Below, in pieces: positions 30,319 through 42,075 of a DNA stretch of 64,000 nucleotides. Position numbers and translations under genes: made by a program. The stretch's first letter is position 1. The number at the start of each line of letters is the position of its first letter. The stretch spans positions 320,001-384,000 of the forward strand of contig CAWAUV010000005.1 of the NCBI GenBank assembly GCA_963785305.1, written 5' to 3'. The notes beneath the pieces are model-generated. The model saw nothing but the letters and a program-made list of their open reading frames with translations. It had not been told where the DNA came from and made no database searches. This DNA comes from an uncultured Planctomycetaceae bacterium. Lineage in GTDB: Bacteria > Planctomycetota > Planctomycetia > Pirellulales > PALSA-1355.

Positions 30319-31227
30319 TCACGCGGCTCGCGATGCGATGCTCCCGGGAACCGTGGCTTGTTCGTCTCCGCCCGCGGCCCGCTCCGGCCGTCCAGCGGCG
30401 CGCAGCTCGCGGAGCTTGATGTATTTGATCGCCGGATACATCGCGCACAACAGCGCCCAGACGAAGCCGGGGTACCCATCGAGCACGCAACCGCGCAGCA
30501 GATAATCGCGCACGAAGCTCACCGGTATCCGCAGCGCGATATACCACGCCGACACGCGTTTGTCGCGGCGCCAAAGGTCGCGCGCGGCGAGCGAGGTGTA
30601 GTGATTGAACTTGTCGAGGTAATGCGCGATATCGCGATAACTATAATGCAGCATCCGCTCGCGGAGCCGCCGCGTGGGCCCCGAGGACTCGACCGCCTCG
30701 TGGACCGGCTTGAGGTTGTAATTGCCGGCCCGGCGGTCGAAGAGCCGCAGATGCGTTTTATTGTATTCGCCGCCAAATCGCAGCAAACGGCCGAGAAACA
30801 CGAGCGAGATCGCGAATTCATAGGCCCGAGCGTCGGGACCCGAGCCATCGAACAACCGTTCGATCTCCTCGCGCAAGGCCGCGGTCACGACTTCATCGGA
30901 GTCGACGACCAGGACCCAGTCGTTGCGGGCCTGTTCGACGGCGAACCGCTTTTGGGCGCCGAATCCCGCGTCGAGCGGCCGATGGATGACGCGAGCGGCG
31001 TGGCGCGTGGCAATGTCGAGTGTCGTGTCGGCGCTGCCGGAATCGACCACCACGATCTCGTCGCACCAAGCGATCGAGCGGAGCGTGGCGTCGAGCGTGG
31101 AGGCTGAATTGTGGGTAAGCACAACGGCGCTGAGAGGCACCGGGCCAATCCGGGGCGCGCCGGATGCAACCTCGGGCGAGGTCGGATCGCGAACAAATTC
31201 GGAATTTCGGGGCGTGTCGGCAGACAT
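30319..31227 (-). CDS. family 2 glycosyltransferase (WaaE/KdtX-like)
   Basis: EIVVVDSGSADTT, GFGAQKRFA, WVLVVDSDE, PVHE, HYSYRDI, LDGYPG. Confidence 0.92.
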   Translation of the reverse strand: MSADTPRNSEFVRDPTSPEVASGAPRIGPVPLSAVVLTHNSASTLDATLRSIAWCDEIVVVDSGSADTTLDIATRHAARVIHRPLDAGFGAQKRFAVEQARNDWVLVVDSDEVVTAALREEIERLFDGSGPDARAYEFAISLVFLGRLLRFGGEYNKTHLRLFDRRAGNYNLKPVHEAVESSGPTRRLRERMLHYSYRDIAHYLDKFNHYTSLAARDLWRRDKRVSAWYIALRIPVSFVRDYLLRGCVLDGYPGFVWALLCAMYPAIKYIKLRELRAAGRPERAAGGDEQATVPGSIASRAA

Positions 31228-31327
31228 GGGTGGCTTCCGTGCCCGTGGGTAAAAATTCCGAGGAGCGACAAAAAAGGGTTCGCCCGACTCGTGAACGAGC
31301 CGGGCGAACCCTGGTGTTGGCACACGC

Positions 31328-33502
31328 TTAGCGGCGTCCGACAGCCGCGGCCGGCGAGCCCTTGAGCTGCCGCAAGTAATCGGTCGTAATGTTCAGCACC
31401 TCATCCGAATAGTAGTTTCGCTTGAACACCGGACGATTCGGATTGTTCATTTCCTCGAACTCTTGCTCTTGGTCGCGCTCGGCCTTGTGCTCGGCCCGAT
31501 CGGCCATGAACTTCGCCTCGTTGAGCGAGACGCGTTTGCGTTTCTTGGCTTCGTTGTAATGCGCAATGTTCGAGAGCACGGTGTCCCAGTCCTTGGCGCC
31601 CTTGCGGCGAGCTTCCGATTGCTCCTTGAGCCGGTCGATCAGCGGGCGATTCACCAGGTCGAGCTTACGATAGGGCGCGCTCGGCACCCGGTCGAACTTC
31701 AAGGCATAATCGAGGCTCGATTCTCCCACGTCGTATTGGGTCGACAAGCTGGGCAGCGGCACATCGGCCAGCACGCCGCGATTCTGCGTGCTATCGCCAT
31801 CGGGCAGATAGAACTGCTGCATCGTGATCTTCAGATCGCCAAGCTGGGGCGAATTGTTGAACAGTTGCTTGCCCAAATCGAGCAGGCTCTGCACGGTGCC
31901 TTTGCCGTGGGTCGCCACATCGCCCACGATCAGGCCGCGATGATAGTCTTGGATCGCCCCGGCGAAGATTTCGCTCGCGCTGGCGCTGAACTTGTCGATA
32001 ATCACCACGAGTGGGCCGCCCCACATCATGCCGCGCTCCATGTCGTCGTAGTGCTGCACGCGGCCATCGGCGTCTTTCACCTGCACCACCGGGCCCTGGT
32101 CGATAAACAGGCCGGTCATGTTGATCGCCTCGGTGAGCGAGCCGCCGCCGTTTTTCCGCAGATCGACCACGCACACGTCGACCTGCGAATTGTTGAACTG
32201 CTTGAGCAATCGGGCCACGTCGCGCGTGGTGCTCTTGAAGTCCTCGAGGCCCTCGCGAGCGCCGCTCATGTCCATATAGAAGCTGGGCAGTTCGATCACG
32301 CCCACGCGATAGGGAGTTCCATCGGGCTTGGTTCCGGTGGTGACGATCTCGCTGCGGGCCTCGCTGTCGGTCAGCGCGATCTTATCGCGAGCGATCACGT
32401 AGATTTTCGGCTCGACGCCGCCAGCCGGAATCACCTTGAGACGCACACTGGTGCCCCGCGGCCCGCGAATGCGCTTGACCACATCGTTGAGCTTCATGTC
32501 GACCACGTCTTCGATCTCGCCCTCGGGGCCTTGGCCAACGCCCACGATCTTATCCTCGGGCTGGAGCCGCTTGTCCTTGTCGGCGGCGCCGCCGGGAATG
32601 ATTTTGCTCACCACCGTGTAGCCATCGGTGAACTGGAGCGCCGCGCCGATACCCTCGAGCTCGAGCTTCATGATGATCTCGAAGTTGTCGAGCGAGCTTT
32701 GCAACATGTACGTCGTGTGCGGATCATACGACGTGGTGAGGCTCGTCAGATACATTTCGAGCAACTCGTCGTTGTCGGTCTGGTGCATTCGCTTGGCGAA
32801 GCTGTGGTAACGCTTCGACAGCTTTTCGACCGGAGGCACGTCGGGCTCGGCCGCCTTTTCGCGCTTCGACTCTTTCTTGTCGGTCGCGGTCTTGTTGGCC
32901 TTTTCCTTTTCCGCCTTCTCTTTTTCGGCCTTTTTGTCCCCCTTTTCGCCCAGTTGCACCAAGAGGTCGTACTTGATTCGCTTCCGCCAGAGCTCGCGCG
33001 ACTCGTCTTCGTTCTTGGCGTAGTGCAAGAGCTCGGGGTCGGTGATCATTTCCTCGTCGAGCGTGAAGTCGGGCGTGGTCTTGAGCAGCTCATCGACGAG
33101 CTTGACCCGATCGTCGACCCGCTGCAAGAAGCGGTGAAACACGTTGTAGCCGAAGCTCACATCGCCGCGCTTGGCCATGTCGTCGAGATTGTCTTTCTGG
33201 GCGTTGAATTCATCGATGTCGGCCTGACTGAAATAGATTTTCATCGGGTCGAGCGTCTTGAGATACATCTTCAGCCATCGCTCCGAGATTTCGTCGTCGA
33301 GCGGATGCCGCGAAAGATGTTCCTTCGAGAGCAGCTTGGCGATCACCAACGTGATGCGGTGGTCGTTTGGCTGCTGGACCGTCGGTTCGGCCACGCTCAG
33401 TCGGGCCATCGGACCGACCGCCATGAATGCTCCGGCCAGAACCGCCAAGGATCGCATTGCGAGCGAGCCCCACATGACAGACGACAAGCAACGACGAGTC
33501 AT
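31328..33502 (-). CDS. prc: carboxy-terminal processing protease (S41, Prc/Tsp type)
   Basis: DPHTTY, GIGAAL PDZ, DLRKNGGGSL, SASASEIFAGAIQD, THGKGTVQ. Confidence 0.94.
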   Translation of the reverse strand: MTRRCLSSVMWGSLAMRSLAVLAGAFMAVGPMARLSVAEPTVQQPNDHRITLVIAKLLSKEHLSRHPLDDEISERWLKMYLKTLDPMKIYFSQADIDEFNAQKDNLDDMAKRGDVSFGYNVFHRFLQRVDDRVKLVDELLKTTPDFTLDEEMITDPELLHYAKNEDESRELWRKRIKYDLLVQLGEKGDKKAEKEKAEKEKANKTATDKKESKREKAAEPDVPPVEKLSKRYHSFAKRMHQTDNDELLEMYLTSLTTSYDPHTTYMLQSSLDNFEIIMKLELEGIGAALQFTDGYTVVSKIIPGGAADKDKRLQPEDKIVGVGQGPEGEIEDVVDMKLNDVVKRIRGPRGTSVRLKVIPAGGVEPKIYVIARDKIALTDSEARSEIVTTGTKPDGTPYRVGVIELPSFYMDMSGAREGLEDFKSTTRDVARLLKQFNNSQVDVCVVDLRKNGGGSLTEAINMTGLFIDQGPVVQVKDADGRVQHYDDMERGMMWGGPLVVIIDKFSASASEIFAGAIQDYHRGLIVGDVATHGKGTVQSLLDLGKQLFNNSPQLGDLKITMQQFYLPDGDSTQNRGVLADVPLPSLSTQYDVGESSLDYALKFDRVPSAPYRKLDLVNRPLIDRLKEQSEARRKGAKDWDTVLSNIAHYNEAKKRKRVSLNEAKFMADRAEHKAERDQEQEFEEMNNPNRPVFKRNYYSDEVLNITTDYLRQLKGSPAAAVGRR

Positions 33503-33606
33503 AACTGAGTTTCCCTTTGCAGAAAGCCAGAGAGGGCAATGGCTTAGGTGTCCTGGGCCGAATGGGTCAATGCGAATCGTATCCCGATAGCCGCCTTCAT
33601 GCAAGA

Positions 33607-34551
33607 TCAGCCAGCGCCGCCGGCAAATTGCGGGGCATGCCGCGATCCATCGGGCTTCCCGAGGCGCCTATTTAGGCGAGCTTCGTTCTCCGCGCCTTCC
33701 GCGATCCGATCACGGAGCGCCTCCACCACCAGCCGATCGGGCCCCAGCCGCTCGGCAACCAAAAACTCGATATCCGGACACTGCTTCGCCGCCGTCGCCA
33801 CGCGTTCCTCGATCTCGGAGATCAAGCGTCCCGCGAACAACAAATGCGGCTCGACCAGCACCCGCCGCGCGCCGCTCCGAGCAAGCCGCTCCAAGGAGTC
33901 GGCAAGCCGCGGTTCGGCCATTGCCACGAAACAGACCTCGGCGCCGGCGTGGCGCCGATCGCTTGGAAATGACTCGGTCTCACCGACCAGGTGGGGGACC
34001 TGATCGCGTCGGAGCGCGAAATCGCGCATTTCTTCCGTCGCGCTCGGTTCGCGGCTGCCGCGGCCCACGAGCAATCTCGCCCAGTGGCCCGGCGACCGGC
34101 CGGCGACCCCCAAGGCTTCGCGTTCCCGGGCGAGCGAAAGCCGCAAGATGTTCGGATGGCAGCCCAAGTGGCTCGCTTGCCGCCAAGCAACCACCACGCC
34201 AAGGCGGTTTTCGACAACGCGACATGCATTTCTTACGGCGGCGGGAATGTCGTGGTTCGCATGTCCCGCGGCAAAAAGCAGCACCGGGGCGACCACCACC
34301 TCTCTTGACCCGCGCTCGGCGAGCCGCTCTAGGCCCGCGAATATAGTGGGCTCGGCAAATTCCAAAAAACAGGGTTCCACCGGCGTTGGATGCAGCCGCT
34401 CGGACACTTGGGCGGCCAGGGCGAGAAATTCTTGCTGCCCGGCGAGTTCGCGCGTGCCATGGCCCACGAGCAAGACGCCCGCCTGATCGGGGTCCGCGAA
34501 CTCGCTTCCAGGCAACGCCAATTTCGCGGCTTCTGAGCCAGAGGGTGTCAT
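33607..34551 (-). CDS. cbiX: sirohydrochlorin chelatase (CbiX/SirB, two-domain)
   Basis: LLVGHGTR, CFLEFAEP, LFAAGHANHDIP, VGRGS, PHLLFAG. Confidence 0.85.
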   Translation of the reverse strand: MTPSGSEAAKLALPGSEFADPDQAGVLLVGHGTRELAGQQEFLALAAQVSERLHPTPVEPCFLEFAEPTIFAGLERLAERGSREVVVAPVLLFAAGHANHDIPAAVRNACRVVENRLGVVVAWRQASHLGCHPNILRLSLAREREALGVAGRSPGHWARLLVGRGSREPSATEEMRDFALRRDQVPHLVGETESFPSDRRHAGAEVCFVAMAEPRLADSLERLARSGARRVLVEPHLLFAGRLISEIEERVATAAKQCPDIEFLVAERLGPDRLVVEALRDRIAEGAENEARLNRRLGKPDGSRHAPQFAGGAG

Positions 34552-34822
34552 TTTGCGTTGAAATGCGTAGATTAACGGTAGGAGAAATGCCGCGGCTCGC
34601 CTGTCGCGGCTCGCTCGGCAAACCAAGTCGCTGTGACCGGGGTTTCGCGCGATTCCCCGCCGCCATGGGCTATTGTGCGACGTGGACTATTGTACGACCG
34701 GGGCGCGGGCCGGCCAGAGCGGCGGCAGGCGACGGAGAGCGGAAAAAACGCCACCGGCGGCGGCTTATTTCGTCGGCCCAACCACCCGTGATCAACATTT
34801 CGATACTTGCGAGCGCGATTGA

Positions 34823-36709
34823 GTGGCCGTGTTTAGCTTTCTCAACATGACCGCGGGCAGCCGAGCGGGTGACAACTTCCCGCTCGATCCCCAAACGGAA
34901 ACACGCATCGGACGCGGAACCGATTGCGGCATCATGCTCACCGACCCGCTCTGCTCGCGGGTGCATGCCGTGGTCTACCGGGCCGCCGACGGTTGGCGCA
35001 TGCGCGACGCCGACAGCCGCAACGGCACCTATGTCAACGAGCAAAAGATCGACGAAGCTCGCTTGGCGCCCGATCACATGGTTCGTGTCGGGAGCACCCA
35101 ATTCAAATACTGCGAAAGCGGCTCGGCGCCGCCGCCCCATGTGCTCGGCGCGATCAGCGCCACGCACACCATCATTCGCAACGAGTTCGTCGGCGAGGAG
35201 AAACACGCGCCGAGCCTGATCGAGATCGCCGATTCCCGCCCCGGCCAGGATTTCTTTTTACTCTATCAGCTCAGCATGCGGCTGCTCACGAGCGAGGACC
35301 CCGACGATTCGATGCGCATGGCGCTCGAGCTGCTGCGGGAATGGACTCGGGCCACGGTGGCCGGCTTCTTGTGGATCGGCGACGATGGCCGACTGAAGCC
35401 GAAGATCATGGTTCCCGAGTCGGCCCGCAACGCCCCGCTCAGTCCCACGCTCACGGAATATGTGTGCCGTCAGGGACAAGCGGTATGGATGGCCGACGAG
35501 CGGCCGAGCGATTCGACCGAATCGCTCAAGCATTTTGCCGACGCGCTCTGTGTGCCGCTGGTGCATGGCGGCAAGACCCTGGGGGCTTTGCATGTCTATC
35601 TCGAGAGCGGACGGTTCAAGCAAACCGATTTCGATTTCGCGGTGCGCGTCGCCAAGATCGCGGTGATGGCTCTGGTGCGCGTTCGGCGCGAATCGCGCCT
35701 GGGCGCCGAATATCAGCGGCTCGTGGCCAAGTCGACCGACCACGGCGAGCTCATCGGCGAGAGCCGGCCGATGCTCGAACTCAAAAGCAAAATCTCGCGG
35801 CTCGCCCGGGCCACCGGCTGCGTGCTCATTCGCGGCGAAAGCGGCTCGGGCAAGGAACTGATCGCCAGGGCATTGCACCGCGCCAGCCCGCGATCGGATC
35901 GGCCGATGCTCGGCGTGAATTGCGCCGCGATTCCGATCGAGCTCATGGAAAGCCAGCTCTTTGGCCATAAGGCCGGCGCGTTTACCGGCGCCAATCGCGA
36001 TCATGTCGGGTATTTCCAACAGGCCGACTCGGGCACGCTCTTTCTCGACGAAGTGGGCGAGCTCACGCTCGAAGGCCAAGCTAAGCTGCTGCGCATTCTC
36101 GAAGGCCACCCCTTCCTGCCGGTCGGCGCCACGCGCGAGATCACGGTCGATGTGCGGGTGATCGCCGCCACGAATCAGGATTTGCGCGACTATGTGCGGA
36201 ACAAGAAGTTTCGCGAAGACTTGTATTATCGGCTCGCCGTGTTCGAGATTTCGGCCCCGCCCTTGCGCCGCCGGGGCGACGACGTGGGCCTGCTGCTCGA
36301 CTATTTTCTCGTGAAGTTTCGCGAGCAGCAGGGCCGGCCGCATCTCGCGTTTTCGCCTGCGGCTCGCGATCGGTTGCTCGCTTATTCCTGGCCCGGCAAT
36401 GTGCGGCAATTGCGCAATGTGATCGATAGCGCCGTCGTGCTCGCCGAGGGCAATGAGATCGAGCCCCACGATCTGGGACTTGGCGATCCATTCGGCAGCC
36501 CCACTCCCAGTGGCGAATTCGAGTCGCTGAAGATCGACGATTGGGAGCGGAGGCTCATCACCCAGGCGCTTCGCCGCGCCGAGGGAAATGTGCTCGAGGC
36601 CGCCCGGCTACTGGGAATTGGCCGCGCGACCTTGTATCGTAAGATCGAGCAGTTTGGCATCGCCCGATCCCATCGCGAACCTGGCGACGAACGCCCCAAC
36701 ACGGAGTGA
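34823..36709 (+). CDS. FHA-GAF-sigma54 activator with Fis HTH
   Basis: FHA IGR...SRVHA...SRNGT, GESGSGKE, GAFTGA, FLDEVG, WPGNVRQL, LGIGRATLYRK. Confidence 0.95.
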   Translation: MAVFSFLNMTAGSRAGDNFPLDPQTETRIGRGTDCGIMLTDPLCSRVHAVVYRAADGWRMRDADSRNGTYVNEQKIDEARLAPDHMVRVGSTQFKYCESGSAPPPHVLGAISATHTIIRNEFVGEEKHAPSLIEIADSRPGQDFFLLYQLSMRLLTSEDPDDSMRMALELLREWTRATVAGFLWIGDDGRLKPKIMVPESARNAPLSPTLTEYVCRQGQAVWMADERPSDSTESLKHFADALCVPLVHGGKTLGALHVYLESGRFKQTDFDFAVRVAKIAVMALVRVRRESRLGAEYQRLVAKSTDHGELIGESRPMLELKSKISRLARATGCVLIRGESGSGKELIARALHRASPRSDRPMLGVNCAAIPIELMESQLFGHKAGAFTGANRDHVGYFQQADSGTLFLDEVGELTLEGQAKLLRILEGHPFLPVGATREITVDVRVIAATNQDLRDYVRNKKFREDLYYRLAVFEISAPPLRRRGDDVGLLLDYFLVKFREQQGRPHLAFSPAARDRLLAYSWPGNVRQLRNVIDSAVVLAEGNEIEPHDLGLGDPFGSPTPSGEFESLKIDDWERRLITQALRRAEGNVLEAARLLGIGRATLYRKIEQFGIARSHREPGDERPNTE

Positions 36710-38014
36710 GCCGTCCGATGAAACCCCCGCGCTACCTGTCGAGCGCCGCGAATATGATCGCGGCGTTGTTGATTGCCGGCCTCGCTGTCGCGCAGCAGGC
36801 CGCCGGCCAGGAGTGGACTCGCTTTCGCGGGCCCAATGGCCAGGGTCAAAGCGACACGAACTTCCCGGCCACGTGGTCCGATAAGGCGGTGCGCTGGAAA
36901 TCGACGCTGCCCGGCGCGGGCCATTCGTCGCCGGTCATTTGGGGCGATGAAGTCTTTATCACGAGCGCCGATTCCGAGACCGGCCACCGCTGGTTGCTCT
37001 GCTTGAGCGCGCTCGATGGCAAGGTTCTCTGGCAGCGCGACTATCCTTTCCAAACCTTCCATGTGCATAAGCAAAACGGATACGCCACCAGCACGCCCAC
37101 GGTCGACAAAAACCATGTCTACTGCGCCTGGGCCACGCCCGAGGATTATTTCGTCGTGGCCCTCGAGCACGGCGCCGTCTCGAAGCCGGGCAAGGAAGTT
37201 TGGCGACGGAGCCTCGGCGCCTTCATTAGCGAACATGGCTTCGGAACCTCGCCCTTGTTGTACGACGACCTCGGTGATCATCACCAACGATCAAGACGGC
37301 GCCAGCTCATTGCAAGCCCTCCGCGCCGCCGATGGCGCGATCGCTTGGCGCGTGGACCGCCGTACCCGCGAAAAGCAAAACGCTTCATACGCCGTGCCTT
37401 GCGTGCGCCGCCGCCCGGGCCAGCCCGACGAACTGATCGTCAACAGTTGGGCCTATGGCATTTCAGGCATCGATCCACGCACCGGCAAAACACTTTGGCA
37501 AGACGGCGTTTTCGAGCGTCGGCCGGTCGGGTCACCCGCGCTGGCCGGCGACCTGGTGTTGGGCAATTGTGGTGAAGGTAGCGGCAACAATACGTTTGTG
37601 GCGCTCCGGCCGCCGACTTCGCCATCATCGGCGCCCGAGGTCGTGTACAAGCTCGACAAGACTTCGGCGCCCTATGTGCCCTCGGTGCTGGTCGTGGACG
37701 ACATGGCGATCCTGTGGGGCGACAAGGGTATCGTTTCCTGCATCGATTGGGCCTCGGGCAAGGTGCATTGGCGCGAACGCGTGGGCGGCAATTACTCCGG
37801 CTCGCCGATCCGAGCCGGCGATAAAGTCTTCGCGATCTCGGCCGATGGCGACGTGGTCGTGCTGGCGGCCGCCAAGAAATACGAGCTCCTCGGCCGCGTT
37901 CCGCTCGGCGAAGCCAGCCGCGCGACGCCGGCGGTGTCGGATGGTTGCATGTTTCTGCGAACCGCCTCGCATCTTCTTTGCCTCGAAGGCGACGCGAATC
38001 GTGGCAAAAAGTGA
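36706..38014 (+). CDS. secreted PQQ-like beta-propeller protein (frameshift near 37275)
   Basis: WTRFRGPNGQG, GHSSPVIWG, GKVLWQ, GKVHWRER; second half in ORF 37016..38014. Confidence 0.85.
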
Positions 38015-38043
38015 CGGACCATTTCGTGCCCGTCGATAAGCCC

Positions 38044-41000
38044 ATGAACGTCCCGCAATTTTGGATCGACGTCGGCGGCACGTTCACCGACTGTTTTCTA
38101 CACATGCCCGATGGCCGCCTCTCGCGGCACAAGCTGCCCAGCACCGGCCGCGTGCCCGGCGTCGCAAGCCCCGGGTCCGACCGCGCGATGCTCGTCGACG
38201 CGGCGCGGAGCGGCGATCCACCGCGGGCGTGGGTTGGCTATGAGCTCCATGTGCTCGACGCCCACCGCCGGCCGCTCGCCACGCGCATCGTCCGTGCGTT
38301 CGAGGCAAACACCGGCCGATTCACGCTCGACTCGCCGCTCGAAGCTCCGATCGCGGCGGGGCAACCCTATGAACTCGTCGGCGAGGAAGCGCCGTTGGTG
38401 GCCATTCGCTATTTGCTCGGCCTCGACCGCCACGCGGCGATACCCCCGATCGATGTGCGCCTCGGCACGACGCGCGGCACCAATTGCCTGCTCACTCGCT
38501 CGGGCACCGGCGTCGGGCTCGTCACCACGCGCGGCTTTGCCGATCTGCTCGAAATCGGCTACCAGAGTCGCCCGCGACTGTTCGATCTCACGATCGTAAA
38601 GCCAGCGCTACTATACGCCACGACTGGCGAGATCGACGAGCGGCTCGCGGCCGATGGCGGCGTGCTTCAAGCGCCTTCGGCCGAGCAAGTTCGGCGCGAG
38701 CTCGCGCGACTCAAGAGCCTCGGCGCGAAATCGATCGCGATTTGTCTGCTGCACGCCACGATCAATCCCGCGCATGAAAACTTCGTGGCGGGAATCGCGG
38801 CCGAGATCGGTTTTGATGAAATCAGCGTGTCGCACGAAGTGGCGGCGATCGGCAAGATCGTCTCTCGCGGCGATACCACGGTGCTCGACGCCTATTTGAA
38901 TCCGGTGCTCCGCCGTTATGTCGCGGGACTTGAAAGCGCGATCGGCGTCGGTCGGCTGCGGCTGCTCAGCTCGGCCGGCGCGCTTACCGCGCCGGGGCGT
39001 TTTACCGGCAAAGACAGCATTCTCTCCGGCCCGGCCGGTGGAGTGGTGGGCGTGGCGCGGGTTGCCGAGGCGGCGGGGTTTCGTCGCGCCATCGGGTTCG
39101 ACATGGGCGGATCGAGCACCGATGTCTCGCGATACGACGGCCGCTTCGATCTGGAGTTCGAGACGCAAAAAGCCGGTGTGCGCGTGGCGGCGCCGATGCT
39201 GGCGATCGAAACCGTCGCGGCTGGCGGCGGCTCGATTTGCCGGTTCGATGGCGTTAAGCTCGTCGTCGGTCCCGAGAGCGCCGGCGCCGATCCCGGCCCA
39301 GCGGCTTATGGGCGCGGCGGGCCGCTCACCGTGACGGATGTCAATCTGTTTCTCGGCCGCATTCCCGCGGCGCGATTTCCGATTCCGCTCGAACTGCCGG
39401 CAATCGACGCTCGGCTCGATGAAATCCTACGCGCGATGGACGATGTGGGCGCCGGGCTTGTCGATCCCTTGCCGCCGACGGCGTCCATTATCGAGGGAGA
39501 AGATAACCCCTCGCGGCAGCGCCGGCGGGTGTTGCTTGCCCATGGGCTCGCGCGTGGCCAATGCCGCCATGGTCAAGGCGGTGCGCTCGGTGTCGGTCGC
39601 CAAGGGGTTCGATCCGCGCGAGCATCTGCTGGTATCGTTCGGCGGCGCCGGCGGTCAGCATGCTTGCGCGATCGCCGAGGAGCTCGGGATCGGCGAAATT
39701 CTGCGCATCCCGACGCGGGACTATTGAGCGCCTTCGGCATCGGCCACGCGGAGCTCGCCCGTCATGGCTCGACCGCCTTCGAGTCTCCGCTCGATTCGGC
39801 CGTGCTCGCCCAACTGACCGAGGCCATCGCCCAGTGCGAGCGGCGAATGACCGCGGAACTGATTGCCGACGGCGCGCCCGCCGCGGCGATCGAACACACG
39901 CACGAAATCGATCTGCGCCATGCGGGCGTCGAAGCCACGCTCGGAGTGCGTCTGCCTCCCTCGCCGGCGGTAGCCACGCTCGACGCGATCCGGAGCGATT
40001 TCGAAGCATCGCACCGGCGGCTCTTTGGTTACTCACGGCCCGACCGACGCCTCGAACTAGCCACCCTCCGCTCGACGGCCACGGCGCGCTCCGAAACCGC
40101 CCCACCGCGTTCCGAACGCCTACCGCCGTCAAATGCCACGGTCAGCGGCTCGGCGCGCGTGTGGTTCTCCAACGATGCCCGCGAAACGCCGGTGCATCTC
40201 CGCGGACTTGCGGCCTGGCGATCGCATCGAAGGTCCGGCGATTGTCTGCGAACTCGGCTCGACGCTCGTGATCGATCCCGGTTGGCAAGGCGATGTGCTC
40301 AGCCAGGGCGAACTTCTCCTAACGCATGTGCGCCCGGAGCGGGCAAAACCGCAGGCGGCGCCGGCCGCCGCATCCAGCGGCACGCGCGCGTCGCTTCCCG
40401 ACGCGGCCCAGCTCGAAATCTTCAACAATCAACTGGCCGGCATCGCCGAACAAATGGGCCACACGCTGCGCAACACCGCGAGCAGCGTGAATGTGAAAGA
40501 ACGGCTCGACTTTAGCTGCGCCATCTTCACGGCCGCCGGCGAACTGGTGGCCAACGCGCCGCATATTCCGGTACACTTGGGCGCCATGGGCGAGACGGTG
40601 CGCGGCGGGCTCGCCGACAACCCGGCAATGCGGCCCGGCGATGTCTTTATCACCAACGATCCGTTCCGCGGCGGTTCGCACCTGCCCGACATTACCGTCG
40701 TCACGCCGGTGCATGAGCCCACGTCGGCCAAGCTGCTGTTCTTCACCGCTAGCCGCGCCCATCACGCCGAGATCGGCGGTTTGGCGCCGGGCTCGATGTC
40801 GCCCTTTTCCAAGTCGCTTGCCGAAGAAGGGGTGTTGATTCGCAATTTTTCGCTCTTGCCGGCGGACGCCCTCGCGACTTCTGCCCAGGTCTTGCCGCGC
40901 GAGCCGCGCTGGCGGGAGTTGGCCGCGCTCTTGGCCGCGGGACCGTATCCCTCGCGCGACGTGGCCGCGAACCTCGCCGACCTCGCCGCGCAAGTGGCTG

Positions 41001-42049
41001 CCAATCAACAGGGCGCTCGCGAACTTTTGGCGCTCGCCGAGCGTCATTCGCTCGATTATGTGCTCCGCTATATGCGACACATCCAAGCTTCGGCCGAGCG
41101 CAAAACACGGCAAGCGCTCGCCAAGTTGGGCGATGGCCACTACCACCGCCGCGACCGGCTCGACGATGGCTCGCCTATCGAAGTGTCGATTACGATCGCG
41201 GGCGAGTCGGTTCGTGTCGACTTCACCGGCTCCGGCCCCGTGTCGTCGGGCAATCTCAATGCGAACACCGCGATTGTGCGCTCGGCGCTCATGTATGTGC
41301 TTCGCTGTTTGCTGGCCGAGGACATTCCGCTGAATGAAGGCGTGCTCCGGCCGGTGGAGCTCCTGATTCCGCCGGGACTCTTGAATCCGCCGACGAACGA
41401 CGATCCGGCCCGAGCGCCGGCGGTGGCCGGCGGCAATGTCGAAACCTCGCAGCGCGTGGTCGATGTGCTCCTTGGCGCGCTCGCGTTGGCCGCGGCCAGT
41501 CAAGGCACGATGAACAACCTTCTCTTTGGCGACGCCACGTTTGGATATTATGAAACGCTCTGCGGCGGCGCCGGCGCCACGTCCCGGGGACCCGGCGCGC
41601 ATGCGGTGCAAACCCATATGACCAACACCCGATTGACCGATCCGGAAGTGCTCGAGCGCCGCTATCCGGTTCGGCTGGCGAAGTTCGAGATTCGCCGCGG
41701 CTCGGGCGGGGCGGGCTTGCATCGAGGTGGCGATGGCGTGCGGCGCGAGATCGAATTTCTTCGCCGGCTCGATGTATCGCTCCTTACCCAGCGACGCGGC
41801 CCGGCCGCCCCCTTCGGTCTGGCCGGTGGTGAGCCCGGCGCCCTGGGAAAGAATCTGTTGCGCCGCGCCTCCGGCGACATCGAGTCGCTTCCGGCGCTCG
41901 CCCAGTTCACGGTCGACCCGGGCGACCGCCTCACGCTAGAAACGCCCGGCGGCGGCGGCTGGGGCGCAAGCGTCCTTCTCGCTGGAAAAGAAGGAATCCT
42001 TGCAACCTTTCTCCTTCCGGGAGAAGGCGCCGGCAAAGCCGACGGATGA
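38044..42049 (+). CDS. ATP-dependent 5-oxoprolinase (fused hydantoinase A+B), several frameshifts
   Basis: [75 protein letters not shown]. Confidence 0.92.
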
Positions 42050-42052
42050 GGG
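42006..42052. repeat. REP-like palindromic unit
   Basis: CCTTTCTCCTTCCGGGAGAAGG...GGATGAGGG between convergent genes; supplies the oxoprolinase stop codon. Confidence 0.5.
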
Positions 42053-42075
42053 CGCTTCGTCGCGCTGGGCTATAT

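Noticed and set aside
31463..33508. Long antisense ORFs (e.g. 681 aa opposite prc; similar ones opposite the peptidase, oxoprolinase and fliD)
   Set aside because: Typical high-GC antisense shadows with no recognisable motifs
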